Position numbers and translations under genes: made by a program | The notes under the pieces: generated by a model | Told to the model about the DNA's origin: nothing | The model's database searches: none | The model's input: the letters and a program-made list of their open reading frames with translations, nothing else | In this document: positions 41,575 through 55,465 of the stretch, piece by piece | How positions within the stretch are numbered: position 1 is the stretch's first letter | Layout of the letters: the number at the start of each line of letters is the position of its first letter | DNA from: Paraspadella gotoi | Lineage: Eukaryota; Animalia; Chaetognatha | Assembly (NCBI GenBank): GCA_051294375.1 | Contig: CM119263.1 | Span: 25,249,605 to 25,313,604, forward strand | Direction: 5' to 3' | Length of the DNA: 64,000 nt

Positions 41575-43014
41575 CTCGTTTTCTTTTTTTTCTTTTTCTC
41601 GGTAAAAACCCATACTAGTTTCCGGCTGCGGCGGCAGGAACGGCGGCCACGGCGGCGACGGCAGCGGCGGCGGCGGTGGTTAGCTCCATATTGAGTCACG
41701 TACATACATGACCTTTAATTATTTGAACGGGGGGTGATGATTTCACTGATTAGCTGCTGTTGTTTTTTGCCATCGACAGCACTTATCTTGTGATAAGTTA
41801 ACTGTTCAATATTGTCAAGACAGAATGGAATCTCCGTGGTATTACAAAGCCAAAACCTCTGGCGAGGAAATGATTCTAAAATGGAGCGACGACCAAAAAT
41901 CCTCGGCCGATTCCCCCATTTATCCTGCATCAACAGTCGACGATTTCGTCTCTGTTTTTTCTGACTCAACGAACTGTCGTTCCTCTATTGCCTCTGACCG
42001 TCATTCCTCACTGTTTCCCAAATTCGATCAAAACAATTTTTTCCCCTTTTATTTTGGTTTCGTTTGTTTTTTTTAATTTGGTTTTTTTTTCGTTCGATAT
42101 AATCGTAGCCGATTCTCTTTTTTTTTTATTCGGTTTTTTTTTTCGGGTTCAAAGATCCGTTGTACCAATCTTGTTTGTAAAATCTGCTTAAAGGTCTTTA
42201 TTTTTTAATACTATATCTGAAATAAAGTGTAAACACGTTGAGTGTTTTGGGTCAAGATAAATATTTTTGTTTTCTTTCCTTCACAGGATGTGACAAAGTT
42301 GTCATCCCATAACATATCGNNNNNNNNNNAAAAATATTTTTAAAGAATGTCTTAAAAATTTTGTACCTTCGTTTAATTCGATGTTAATCCCCGTGAAAAG
42401 CTATAAAAACCCATTAGAGGGTCCAAATGCGCTCCCCCCTCGCCCCCCTTCAGAAAAAAATAAAAACCTCCGCCTTGTTTCGATAGTTCCTTTGTTCCTT
42501 TCTTTCTTTTTTCCCCTTTTCTTTTCATTTTCTTTTATGTTGTTTCATCGACAGGAAAAGGTTTCACGCTCTCCTTATTTTCGTAACCCTGTTTCAATTC
42601 GGAGAAACGCCTCTGGCTTAGATCTGTCTGTCTGTCGGTCTGTCGGTCTTTCTTTCGTTCTTTATATTATTTTCTTTCTTTCTTTCTTCCTTTCTTTCTT
42701 TCCTTCTTTCTTCTCTTTACTTAATATTTCTCTTTGAATATTTGACAACATTTGAAAGTTTTTGCTAATGTCAAACAGTTCAATCATATACATTTAACCA
42801 TTTAGACAATTTGGTATTTGCTCGATTTAATTTTTCTTTTTGGTGTGTGTTTTTTTTTTTTTTTTTTTTTTTTCTCATTTCATAGTTTTTTCTTCTTTTT
42901 TTTTCATCGAGAATTGGCCGGCGACAAAACTGGGCGGCGAAAAAGGAGGAGATCGAAAGCGAACTCAAAATTCTGGATGAGGAAAAACATTTAATAACAA
43001 TACATGAAAACGCT

Positions 43015-43072
<58 letters not shown>

Positions 43073-44517
43073 ATTCTCTCTTTTTCAGACATACCTCAAA
43101 AGACTAATAAAAACACCACTGGCGAAACAGTATTTTCGTTAATTCACGGAGATTAAGTGCGTTTGTTCGAGTCTGGAATACAATCTCAATTGCGGCCACT
43201 ATTTTTGATGTCAAATTCATAAAAACTAATTTCCAGAGATAAATCATTTTGATGGTACTTGCGTAGTAATATTTTTGATGTATTTTACTCTTATTTTCTT
43301 GTGTCACTTTGTGTGGCCAGGTCAGATCTAACTGTTAATTTTTTTTTTTTTTCTGAATAAAAGAGACAATTTGACAGTTAAGAAATAAGAAGATTAATGA
43401 TTTGAAACAATATGACAATATGATCTAACTGTTAAAAGTGATAATTGTAGCTTTAGGTTACAAAAAAACAACTAGGTTACAAAAAACCAACTTTTTTATT
43501 AGATATTATTTATCAACATTTTATTCGTATTTTAATGAAATTGCTACTTTTTTATTCTTGCGATTTTCTTAGTTCCCTACCCGCGCAGCACTGTCGCAAT
43601 AGGCTACAGTGGAGGAAAACAAAAGACACTCACTGCTCTTTTGGCGCACAAACGCCGTTGAAGAAAAGCATCCTTTTTAATAAAATAATTAAATTAAATG
43701 TATTCAACTCGGCAAACAGATAATGAAGATAATAATTTTCCAAGCTTGTAAAACTTGATGAACGACCAATCAACGACAAGGATAACTTCCATTGTGCCTT
43801 CTTATCTCTTAACATTGTAAAACTAAAAAAACATTTTGAATACTAATATGTACTGTTCCAAATCCTACTTTCCTTTCCTCCCATTATCCCGCCTTTTTTT
43901 ACTTCCCAATATTACCTTATATCCTGCCCCTGACTACCTCTCTCTTAAAATTGTCAACCTCGACCCCCCCCCACCGCCCCCGTCCTAAAAGAAAGAGGCG
44001 GCTTTCTAAACTCAGTTTGACCCAAGATATGAAGGATGTTTGTCTCTCTTCTCTCAAGGATTTCGAACGAAAGCGTCAAATCAAAGGCGCGGTGCGTTTG
44101 GAGGCGGCAGGATCGGCGTTGGATTTGTGGTGGAGGGAGAGAACAAAGAGAAGAAAAAGAAAAAGAAGAAAGAAAATAGAAGTGATTGAAAAATGGAGGA
44201 ATTAAAGAAGAGAATTGGATGCGATGATGAAGTCAGCGAAGGTGATGGGACGAAAGCGGTCGAGCGACTCGAGAGGTGATTCGTCGGCAAGTTAATTTCC
44301 GGAATAAGCAATAGTTATTGATATAATTATAATTATTATATATATTGAAAGGATTGAAATTATTTATCCACGTAATTGATATTTTTAATTACAATATTTT
44401 TAATTTTTCATCTAAATATTTTTGACGAGAGAATCAGGTGGAAAGAGCTCAAGCGGAGCAAGTCGACTGTCGCAATCGTTCCCGTCCCTTCAAAACGAAG
44501 TCTTTCGTCCAAATCGA

Positions 44518-44590
<73 letters not shown>

Positions 44591-45237
44591 CCTGTAACTC
44601 ACGACGCGGCAAATATGAAGTCTCCGCGTACCATTGCGTGCACCAGTCACACGCGCGCACGCCAGGGAAGCCAAACACGCGCAACCCGCGAACGAGGCGC
44701 CGTAAAAATCAGGTTCCAAGGCCAACGGCGCCATCAGGGGCATTCTGAGAAGGGACCGAAAAAAAAGATGAAAACGACGCTGAGGACAACGACAATGATG
44801 ACGATGATGACGATGATGACCATGGGAGGATTGAGTCTGGCTCAACGACGACAGTCCGACAGTCTGGGAGATACTTGACACTTGATGGAGAAAAAATTCG
44901 ACGTACGGAAAATTATTTGTAAAAAATAATGAATCTCTTATTAAGTAAAAATAAATAAATTAAGTAAACGAATGAATTTTTCATTCCTTACAGTCAGTGA
45001 CAATTCAATTTTAAGACCTCGTGTACACATAAAGATTGGCCTTATGTTTATTCTTACTTTGGATTCGTTCGACCTCTACCGATCAAACTGAGCTTTTATT
45101 CCGAATAGGAACTGTCATTTTGTTTTCGTTTGCTCGATAATATTCCTTCAAGAAGCAGTGATTCAAAAAAAGAGAGAACCAGACTAATGGAGTCCGACCT
45201 AAATATTTCTAGCGATACCGAAGAGGGCGAGGAGAGG

Positions 45238-45287
<50 letters not shown>

Positions 45288-45294
45288 GAAGTTA

Positions 45295-45389
45295 TGACGT
45301 CAAGTGATTTCTGAGAAACGGTATCCTTGGACCGAAGCCGCGGTTATTAGCAGGCGTCGACTTCCGGCGGGGTCAAGGGTCAAAGGACA
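45295..45389. promoter_or_regulatory. Candidate cis-regulatory module: cAMP-response element + ETS site + triple DR1 nuclear-receptor half-sites
   Basis: TGACGTCA 45295-45302; ACTTCCGG 45360-45367; GGGTCA-a-GGGTCA-a-AGGACA 45370-45389. Motif match only. Confidence 0.35.
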
Positions 45390-46548
45390 GGTGAGGTCGA
45401 AATGGACGGACGTCGCGGTGAAAAGGGACTAGGGTAGGGGACGGGTGAGGGGAGCGGTTTGGGGGGGAATGGGTGGAACTAGATGGGTAAGGTGAGAAGA
45501 TGATTAAGAAAGAAAGGTGAAGGAAGATGTGAGTGTGAAAATTAGTGGCGGTGAGTGGGAGGATTTTAAATAGAAATAGAAGGGAGAAGAGTGAAAGAGG
45601 TATGAAGATATCAAATGAAAAGAGAGTAAAAGACGATTAACTGAGAGAGGGAAATGAATCGTTATCAGAAAAAAAAAATGCATTGCGAGAAACGAATTAA
45701 ATCTGAAGAGAAATTGAAAGTTTGAGAGGAAAAAAGGAAAGAAGAGAAAAAAAGAGATTCAAAAGCGAGAGAAGTAAGTTTTAAGGCGAGTGAAAAAGAA
45801 AGAAAGGTGAGAAGAGAATCAGAAGAGAGGTGAGAAGAAGGTTCAAAGGGAAGAGGAGAGAAAAATAGAGAGGNNNNNNNNNNGAGAAGAGAGAATGAGG
45901 AGAGAGGTCAGAGGTCAGAGCATCGAGAGTCGAGAAGAGACTTTGGGGACCAGATTTTTTGGGCGGAGACGAATCGGGACGAAGAGGAGTAAAGGTTACC
46001 AAAAATTATGAATGTCTATGTTAGACCTTTAATTAATGTTTTAAAAACTTTATACGGAAATTTTTTTAAATTTAAACGTTAAATTTCGATATTTATAAAA
46101 AGAAAACAATGTTTATTTGTTTACAAACAACGGGTTTTAACTCCAAATTAAACGTTAAATTTAGAGATTTTTTTGTTTCATTTACAAACTAAACGGGAAA
46201 CTTCTTGACTTCTTGACTTAATGACTGAATCACTCAAAATAAAACTCGGGACCTTATTATAAATTACCTTCAAAAATGTTAAAATTGAAATGATAATTTG
46301 AATTTCATATAAGTTTTTTTTAGGCAAAATAAAAGGTATTTTCCACCCTAAATAAATATTTTCATTTCATTCCATCATATTTGAAAACTCATTCGATCCT
46401 CACCTTTTCCTCACCTTTTTTTCTCGAATCTTTTGACTTTCCCGTCATAAACCCGTCAACGAGTTTCCTCACTTGCCTTTCACAAAATCGCCGAACGAGT
46501 TTTCCTCACGAAAAAAAAGCGAAAAACGCATCACGGTTCCCTATCGAT

Positions 46549-46584
<36 letters not shown>

Positions 46585-46986
46585 GCCATATTTTTGAGGC
46601 TTGGAACATAAATGCCTCGAATCCCTCAGCGACGCGATTACCTGACTTTTTTTTTCTTCTTCTTAAATTTAGAAAAGTTCCTTCGCAAAAATGGAGTCGT
46701 TTTTATTCTCACTACTTCGACCAATTGTTTTTTTTTTCACCCACCACCACGACCCTCATCGACGGGAAATATCTTGCCGGTTGTTTTTTAACCACCACTA
46801 CCTAACCACCAACGTTACCACTCCACCACCCCTCTCACAAAAACCACGCCCCCCTGTTAACTCCCCGCTGATCCGAAGTGGTTAAGAAATATGAACCCAT
46901 GAGAACTCGAGAGAAGAGCGGAGAGCCATCGTGGAAAGAAGATTATTTTTAGCAACCAATAATCTTTGTGGTCGTCGTTTCTTCTT

Positions 46987-47074
<88 letters not shown>

Positions 47075-50000
47075 GCAGTCTTTGTTTTTGTTTTACAACT
47101 TCTTTTCGAAAATCTTTTCCACATTTTTGTTTTCATTTTTTTTTCTTCTTTTCAAAAATAAAAATCTTAAAATGGAAGAGCATTATGGTAAAAGACTTTT
47201 CAAAATATAAATCACTAAATATTCTTTTTATTCTTACCTGACTTATGATTCATTACCATACAACAAAGACAAAAAATAAACAAACTTAATTTCCAATTCT
47301 AATCTGTATCACCGTCATCTGCCCCCCGACTCCGAACACGCACCGCCGACACCTGCTTCCCCGGCACCTGTTCTCAAAGTCGGACGGTGCCAGTCATATT
47401 TTGCCTTAACGGGTCCTTGGCGTTTAACGCGCTCGGCGGGCGGCGGCGGGCGGCGGACGGCGGGCGGCGGGCCATAGGTAGAGTAGGGTTGAAGAGGAAG
47501 AGGAAGAAGAAGAGGAGGAGGAGGAGGAGGAGAATAGAATCTCGGATTGGGAGGGTGGGACTATGAGGCTGGTGGGAGAGAGCGGATGCTGGAGAGGTCC
47601 GGGCTCTTTTAAGAAGAGGTGGACAAATGGGAGAAGCAAGGCAGTGGTCCATCAGCGGATGGTTGTTTATAAAGGGAAATAAATATAAGAAAGACATTGA
47701 TTTTTGTGGAGAAAAGTCGGGACTGAATTAAAGGGTTTGACGAAAACCAAAAAAGTGGACTGAAGAGGAGGAAAGAGGGTTTTGTGGGTGGAAAATGTGG
47801 ATGCGGATCGTTAGTCTTCGAGTTATGAGGTGGTGAAAGAAATTGTTTTGGAGTTTGGGATGTGAGAGAACGAGAGAATTGAAAAGGGAGAAAAATAAAT
47901 AAAGAAAGAAAGATTTAGGCCTCAGGGAATAAGAGAATAGTAAAAAAAGGCAATTGCATTGATAATTTTTAAATAGATAAAAAAAAAAGGTTTTTTCGCT
48001 ATTTTTTGCTAACTACCCTTAACGATGATCTGTTAAAAAAGATCGAAAAAATGTTTTCAATATAAAAAAAATACTGCACTACTAAAAAAATTCGAAGTTT
48101 CTTAATCAATATTAAAAAAACAGCGTGAGAACATTTTTTATGAAAATTATTTATGAAAATTGTCACGTAGTTCTAGAGTAATAGAGTAATAGTATTTGTT
48201 AATCTTGAGAAACTATAAATTTAATTAATAATCAAAGAGGAGAAGAAGTTAAAAGCTGAAGAAAAGCGTTGACTTTACGAAATGACTTAAAAGTTAAATT
48301 GACGAATAGAAAGATAAGAGAAGTGTTGACTGAGGCAACTGGCTCTTGGCTCGCGGAGGGAGAAGAGACTGGATTTGCAAATGGATTCACCGATGGAAAT
48401 GAGCTCACGGTGACGGGGTGAAAGTGGTGAGGGTGATGAGGGAGTGAATGGTGAACGCGATGACGGGCTTGGGCGAATGGGTGAACGAGAACATAACATA
48501 ACATGGTCGTGACAATGAGTATCTTTGGTTTGGCTAAACGAAATAACGAATTTAGTTCCTTATTGTAACTGGTAACAAAACAAAGAGAAAGCGATGACAC
48601 AACCAACGCCTCGCCCACACGTGATCAGGTTGTGGTCTTCAAACTTCCTCCCCTTTTCCACCCACGACGAGCCACCTGGGCCGAGGCGAGGCACACCACC
48701 GTCTCGTCCGAGAGCGGGCCGATCTCGTCCTGGTTTGAAGATCACTCTCTCTTCCCTCTTCCCTCACCTCTTCTCTCTCTCTCCCTCCCCCCCTCTCTCC
48801 CCTCAAACCGGCGGTGCCGATTCCATCCTGCTGACGCCACAGGTTTGGTTATTTTTAGTTGACTCCTGGTTGCGGCTTCTCGGTCGCTCTGCTCTTCAGT
48901 TCGGCCCTGAGATTTCCTTCTGAATAAATCTCGTCGGCCTCGCGGATCCTCCCTTTCCTTTCCTCCTCCTCCTTTCCTTTCCTCCTTTCCTTTTTTTTCC
49001 TTTTCCTTTTTTTTTTAGTTTTCTTTCTTTTTTGCTTTTTTTTTAAGTTTCTTTTCTTTTCCTTTCTTTTCTTCTACCTCCTCCGACTTCGATTCATACC
49101 TTTGGCCAAATGCCTTCCGCAATTTTCATTTCATTTTTATATTTTATTTCCCTCTTATTTTACGTAATAATTGTATTAATTTTTGTCTTTTGTCTTTTCT
49201 TTTTCGTTTTCACTTTTTAAATAATTCTTTCACAATCTCATTAGGACTTAATTCTTTGTCAAAAACATTCATTCATTCATCTCTCCGTCGCTCCTTCCCA
49301 ATTTATTTATGCTCGGTCAATCGTCGGTCAGACTCTCTTCAATCTCATTTGCATATCCGTGTCTTTCGAAAAAAAAAAACCGTTTCGCCCGTTGTTCGAT
49401 GATACCGTTAACGACTTTGGCTTTCGCCGCGTCAGCGGTTATGCGACGGGATGAATGTAGAATGTAAGATCGACGAACGGAAAACGATGTGAGTATTTAT
49501 CTTTTCGTTATATCGACTTACCTGAAATGTGGAAGGAATCCGGTAGGTGAGGTGAGTGAAGCAGCGGAGCAAGAAAGAAAAAAAGAAAAGAAAAACTTTA
49601 TTTAGTCATTTGTATTGATTTTGGTAAAGCATCATTGAGCGTTAAATAAATAGAGCATATTTATATCGGTAAAATTTAGATTTTAGATTTTCAGTTTTAA
49701 CAATTTTACATTTCAATGAGTTTCGGGACCTAACGGGTTCAATGAACTCCCTTTTTTAACCTCTGGTCATATTCTCAGCCACGACTTTATTTTTATGTAG
49801 ACTTATTTTTAGTCGCTTCTTTTACCTCGTCCGTCGCTTTCTACCTCACACGCTTAACGCATCTACATTTGCGGTTGCCTTAAATTTCCTAATTCCACGT
49901 AACGGTATTATTTGTTTGCCCTCTTCACCTTGCCCCGCCCCCTCCCCCCGGTTTCCCAACTCGGCCCTCTTTCTTTTTTTTTATTTCTTTAAAAGATTCC

Positions 50001-52424
50001 CGGAAAAAAAGGAAAAAAATCCGCGCGTCGTGAAAAATTCGTTGAAGAGCCAAAGGACGCGATTTTGAGCGCGGAAAGCTGAGAGCGAAACGCGAGGAAA
50101 TGTGAGGAAATGGGAGGAAGAGGGAGGAAAAAGTGAGGCCTGGGGTCACGCTCAATGAGTCTTCAAGAGTCATGAAATTGAAATTGCCTCCGTTCTCCTC
50201 TTCATCGTCAAATCGTCTTCGCTTCCAAACTACTTTTCTCCCTATTTTCGTCTTCCATGGATTTTTCACTCCTTTTTTTGGGGCCTCGTTCACACCGTTT
50301 TATTGCCTCTTCTTCTCACCATTTTAGCCGCGCGTTCACACCCACTCTTTTTTTCACGTATTTCCTCCATCTTTGGCGGCTCCTTCATGGTCCATTAGAG
50401 CCCATTATACTCCGATACTCCATTCTACTAAATAACTCCACGTTTCCATTTCTTTTACATAACTTTTATTTCAAGAACACGCGAACATTTTTTAGGATTT
50501 TTCAAGTTCGTTCCTTTTTTATAATTTTTACAACTGTTTTAAGTAGAGTTCCAAACTTCCACCAAACCTTTTTCTCAAACCCAGTCCGCGCCCCCTTCTT
50601 GCCCCCCCCCCCCACGCCCTCTGAACTCTCTCGTCGCCTTTCTCTCTCTCTCTCCCTCTTTCCCTCCGTTTTTTTTTTTCTCTCTCTCTCTCTCGCTCCA
50701 CTCTCAATCTTTTTTCAAGTTCCTTCATGTCAAAATTCTATTTCTCTAATGGTGCCCCTCTTTCCTTAGCTTTCTGCTGTCTCAATCTTTTGACACGCAT
50801 CACGATTTTTTTTTCTCTCTTTTTTCTCTTTTTTTTTTCTCCTTTCTTTCTTCCTTTTCCTTTTATCTCTCCCTTTCTTCTTCTTCCCTTCATTTTTTCC
50901 TCCTTTTTATCTCTCCTTCTCTCTCTTTCCTTTTCCATTTCTTTCGCTCTCTTTTTTTTCTCGATTTCTCCTCTCGTCAGTTCCATTATTTCGGCCAGTT
51001 TTAAAGTCTTCCTCTAGTGTCAATTTAAATCAAATTTGTTTCTTTTTGTCTTTCGCGTCAATTTTTATTTTTTGTTCTTTCTTTCTTTGTATGTAATTTG
51101 TCTTATTGCATTATCTTTAAAAAATAAGACGAAGACGACGCCAACGACGCCAAAGACGACGACGACATTAACGACGATTTGTGGCGCCGATACAGCGACG
51201 CCCCGATTCTCCGCGCCGCCCCATTAGCGCCAGGTAAAAGAAATTTAGAAAAAAGAAACGAAAACCAAATTTTAAGAAAAAAAAAACAAAAAACAAAAAA
51301 CAAAACAAAAAATCAAAAAGAATCATGAGATACATGTACTATTAAGTTTAGTATAAATTTTTTACTTCATTCTTAATTTTTTTTAACAAAACTTCAATGC
51401 ATTCATGAATAGTCATTACACTTTTAGAACACAATATATTATATAACAAATTCTTTATAATTCCGGCTTAGTTACATAGTGCCATCTTGTCGTGCCAGGA
51501 TTCCGCGGTTAGTGTCGTGTCAGAAAAACTTTCTAAAAATAGAAAGACCGGAAATCCCGGAAGATGGAATTTGGGAAAGGAACTGGACGAAAACGGAAAC
51601 AGCGCCGGTTCTAAAATACCTGAGCCGTGGCGCACAAAGAGGGCGGACCCCCACCCCCGGGCAAGATCAGTATCGATTTAGTTCTTGCGCCTAGTTTATT
51701 TAGAGAATATATTTTGAGATATTTATTTCCAGAAATGTTGAGATCAAGATCAAATGAAGGTTGGCAAGGTTAGTTATTCCAATAGGAAAGGTTTATTTGG
51801 TATTTTCTTGCCATTTGTAAATGGGGTTTACAAGTGCAGTATTTAATGTAAACCCCACAAAAAAATGATTTAATTAAATTTGCCTCACCTGTGCATATGA
51901 TGTCCCTTCAGAAAAAATGGAAAAAAAAACTTTTTAAATTTACTTTTATTTAGAGCACAATTTTTTGAGGCCTTCTTAAAGGTGCTGACTGCTGAGTCCA
52001 GAAAATAAAAATAAAATAAATAATATAAAATAATACTTGTTCCGTCCACATAAGTTTTTTTTTCATTTACTAAACTGTCATATTGATATTATAATCAACT
52101 TAAAAGAAATTAAATCTCATCGCATTACCGATCGACATAAAACAATTAAATACACAGGGATGGTAATGGGATCCTCTATGCCGGAATCTTTTAATACCGG
52201 AAACGTCGATGCCGAGAGAAGAGGGGAATGCCGGGGAAATCAAAGGCGGAAACGGAAGCGTCTGAGTTGCGAAGCGAAAGACGAGAAAAAAAAACTGGCG
52301 ATTTGGCAAAATTTCAACGCGAAAGAATATTGATGAAAAAGAAAAAAGTATACTACGTGGAGAGAGAAAGAGAGAGAGAGAGAGTAGAGAAGAGAGGGGA
52401 GAGAGAGAGAGAGGAGAGAGAGAT

Positions 52425-52462
<38 letters not shown>

Positions 52463-52487
52463 GAAGAGAGAGAGAGGAGAGAGAGAG

Positions 52488-52863
52488 ACTCGTTTTTAGC
52501 TAATTCCCTTTCAGAGCGCGCTCACATCTCCCCTTCAGAATGACAGAAAGCTCAACGCTTTTTTTAAGGTTTCTTCCAAATGCGAAATGAAAGAGAATGA
52601 CGGAGTTAAAGTGAGTAGAAGAAAAGAGAGGGAGAGAGAGAAGAGAGAGATCCGAGGTCAGAGGAGTCTGCGAGGGCGTGCATAGGGGGGGAGAGAGACG
52701 GTTGCTAAGCAAATCGCGCCGGCCAAAGAAGCTCGAATCTTTCGTTGTCGAAACTACGGTTGCAGAAAAGAAGTGAAAATGGTAAAGCCTATCATTCGCC
52801 AAGGTCAAAAACGTCATTCGATGATTCCGACGAGAGAGAGAGAGAGAGAGACGAGAGAGAGAC

Positions 52864-52929
<66 letters not shown>

Positions 52930-53665
52930 CCGGTTGCTTCACGCGTGAAAAATCCTGACGAGTGAAAAAAGGTGGAAGGAATGGGATGAGAAGATGGAAC
53001 GAGAGGGAGGATCGAGAGAAGGAGAATAAGGAAAGCAAAGTTTCCCCAGTTTCCAGGGTGAACGAGAAAAATCTGAAAGGAAAAAAGGGATTGATGATGT
53101 AAGGAAGTGAGAATAAAAGAACAGCGTTGAGAAATGAATCGGAGGGTCGTAGTAAGCCATACATGCGTAATGAGGCTGTGTCAGATCAAGAAAGCGGGGG
53201 AAAAAAGAAGTTTGAGATTGAAAAGAAAAAAAGAATGAAAGGGAAAAAGTAAAGAAAAAAGTCGTAAGGGAGAAAAGAAGGATAANNNNNNNNNNNNNNN
53301 NNNNNNNNNNGAGAGAGAGAGAGAGAGACTGTTTTAGCTAATCCCCTTTCAAGCGCGCTCACATCTCCCCTTCAGAATGACAGAAGCTCAACGCTTTTTA
53401 AGGTTTCTTCCAAATGCGAAATGAAAGAGAATGACGGAGTTAAAGTGAGTAGAAGAAAAGAGAGGGAGAGAGAGAGAGAGAGATCCGAGGTAAGGACGTC
53501 TGCGAGGGCGTTGCTAAGGGGGGGAGAGAGACGGTTGCTAAGCAAATCGGCCGGCCAAAGAAGCTCGAAATCTTTTCGTTTCGAAACTACCGGTTGGCAG
53601 AAAAGAAGTGAAAATGGGTAAACCTATCATTCGCCAAGGTCAAAAACGTCATTACCATGATTCCG

Positions 53666-53728
<63 letters not shown>

Positions 53729-54040
53729 CGGTGCTTCACGGTGAAAAATCCTGACGAGTGAAAAAAGGTGGAAGGAATGGGATGAGAAGATGGAACGAGA
53801 GGGAGGATCGAGAGAAGGGAGAATAAGGAAAGCAAAGTTTCCCCAGTTTCCAGGTGAACGAGAAAAATCTGAAAGGAAAAAAGGGATTGATGATGGAAGG
53901 AAGTGAGAATAAAAGACAGCGTGAGAAATGAATCGGAGGGTAGTAAGTGAAGAGTGAATAAGAAACGGAAGAAGTGAGATGAAAAGAAAAAAGAATGAAA
54001 GGGAGAAAAGAAAAAAGTCGAAGGGGAGAAAAGAAGATAA
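52488..54040 (+). repeat. Tandem ~750-bp duplication (52488-53285 / 53327-54040) across a 25-N gap
   Basis: GCGCGCTCACATCTCCCCTTCAGAATGACAG ... GGGAGAAAAGAAG(G)ATAA present in both copies. Confidence 0.85.
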
Positions 54041-54256
54041 TGAACTTAGAAACAAAGAAGAGAGAAGAAAAAGAAGACAGAAGGTAGGAAAAGAAAAAAA
54101 GAGGGGGAGGAGGGGAAAAGAAGGAGACTAAAGGTAGAAACGAAGAAGGAAGAGGAGGAAGAGGAAGAGAAAGAGGAGGAAACGTCTCTGGCGACAGAAA
54201 GGAGAAAAGTTCCCACGACGTCGATTAGAAGGAGACGATTCCTACATCGATTGGCT

Positions 54257-54400
54257 GCCAACAATCGCAATCACATCCTCATTGTGAGATTGGGCCTTCG
54301 TTCTACCTATTTCCTTCTCTCTCTCTGGCCTAGCCAACCAATCGCAGATACACATTCCTCATTGTGAGATTTCGGCCTTCGTTCTTCATATTTCCCTTCT
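54257..54400 (+). repeat. Two diverged ~75-bp tandem units (CAATCGCA...CCTCATTGTGAGATT..GGCCTTCGTTCT)
   Basis: Direct comparison of 54257-54320 with 54333-54400. Confidence 0.7.
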
Positions 54401-54427
54401 CCTCTCTCTCTTCCTCCTCTCTCTCTC

Positions 54428-54460
<33 letters not shown>

Positions 54461-55434
54461 TCTGCTCTCCTCTCCTCTCTTTCTCTCTCTCAATTCTCTC
54501 TCTCTCTCTCTCTCTCTCTATCCTTAAAAACGTCCCTCTATAAATNNNNNNNNNNNNNNNNNNNNNNNNNAAATTTTCAAAACTAAACCTCTTTCCTCTT
54601 TTTTCACGAACCTTTTTCCTTTTTTTTCAGCTGCCTCTGTCCGTACGTCAGTCGTTCGCTCCCATTTTAAAGAGTTTTCCCGCCAACCAATCCAATTAAC
54701 CGTCGGTTCCTTTTCAGAATGGCGATCGGGCGTCGAACTTCATCAATCGACATCGGAATTAATTGCGGCAGGGATCTCTGGTTTCCTGGCGTCGTCGTTG
54801 TGGTCGTCGTCGTCGTTCTCATCTCGACGTCAGCTCCGCATCGTGTCAACTGGCTCATAGCTCGGCCGCTAGGCGCCGTCATTGTCTCAAAAGAGCGTTA
54901 TGGCTGTCATAACCGATGGCTTCATTAAACGTGGCTCTGAAACTCATATAAAGGTGAGTCTATGTTAAATTTTATCTGTTCGCTCACGTCAGTAGCCTTG
55001 TACACTAATTCAACGCCAATTTTTTCCAATTTCTTCTCAACGAGACCCTCTATATTTCTCTCCAAACCTTTCCTTACGCCATCCACCACGCCAAACTCCC
55101 TCCCGCGCCAACCTCATCCCTTACGCCATCTTCCAGTCTCCTTCGTCCCCAAAAATCCTCCGGTCTAATTTGTCGGCGCATCTTTCCGGAAACGGCGCGC
55201 CCTCCCAAGGCCGACGCCGAAATTAGTTTTGAGGCCGAATCACGAGGATGACGCCAATGACGGGCGCGCATTGAAATTCAATGGGTCGTTGCCGGAAGAC
55301 GCCGCTGCCGAGAGACGGCGACGTCTACGAACGACGCCCTTGACGCCGCTGCCGACGACGACGACGACGACGAAACTTGGAATCGCTCGTCGCCCTTTTT
55401 CGTCCTTTAAACAGGCGCTTCCAGTCTATGACAT

Positions 55435-55465
<31 letters not shown>

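Noticed and set aside
41825-42076. ORF MESPWYYKAK... as a small gene
   Set aside because: No recognisable homology, and it ends in T-rich low-complexity sequence.
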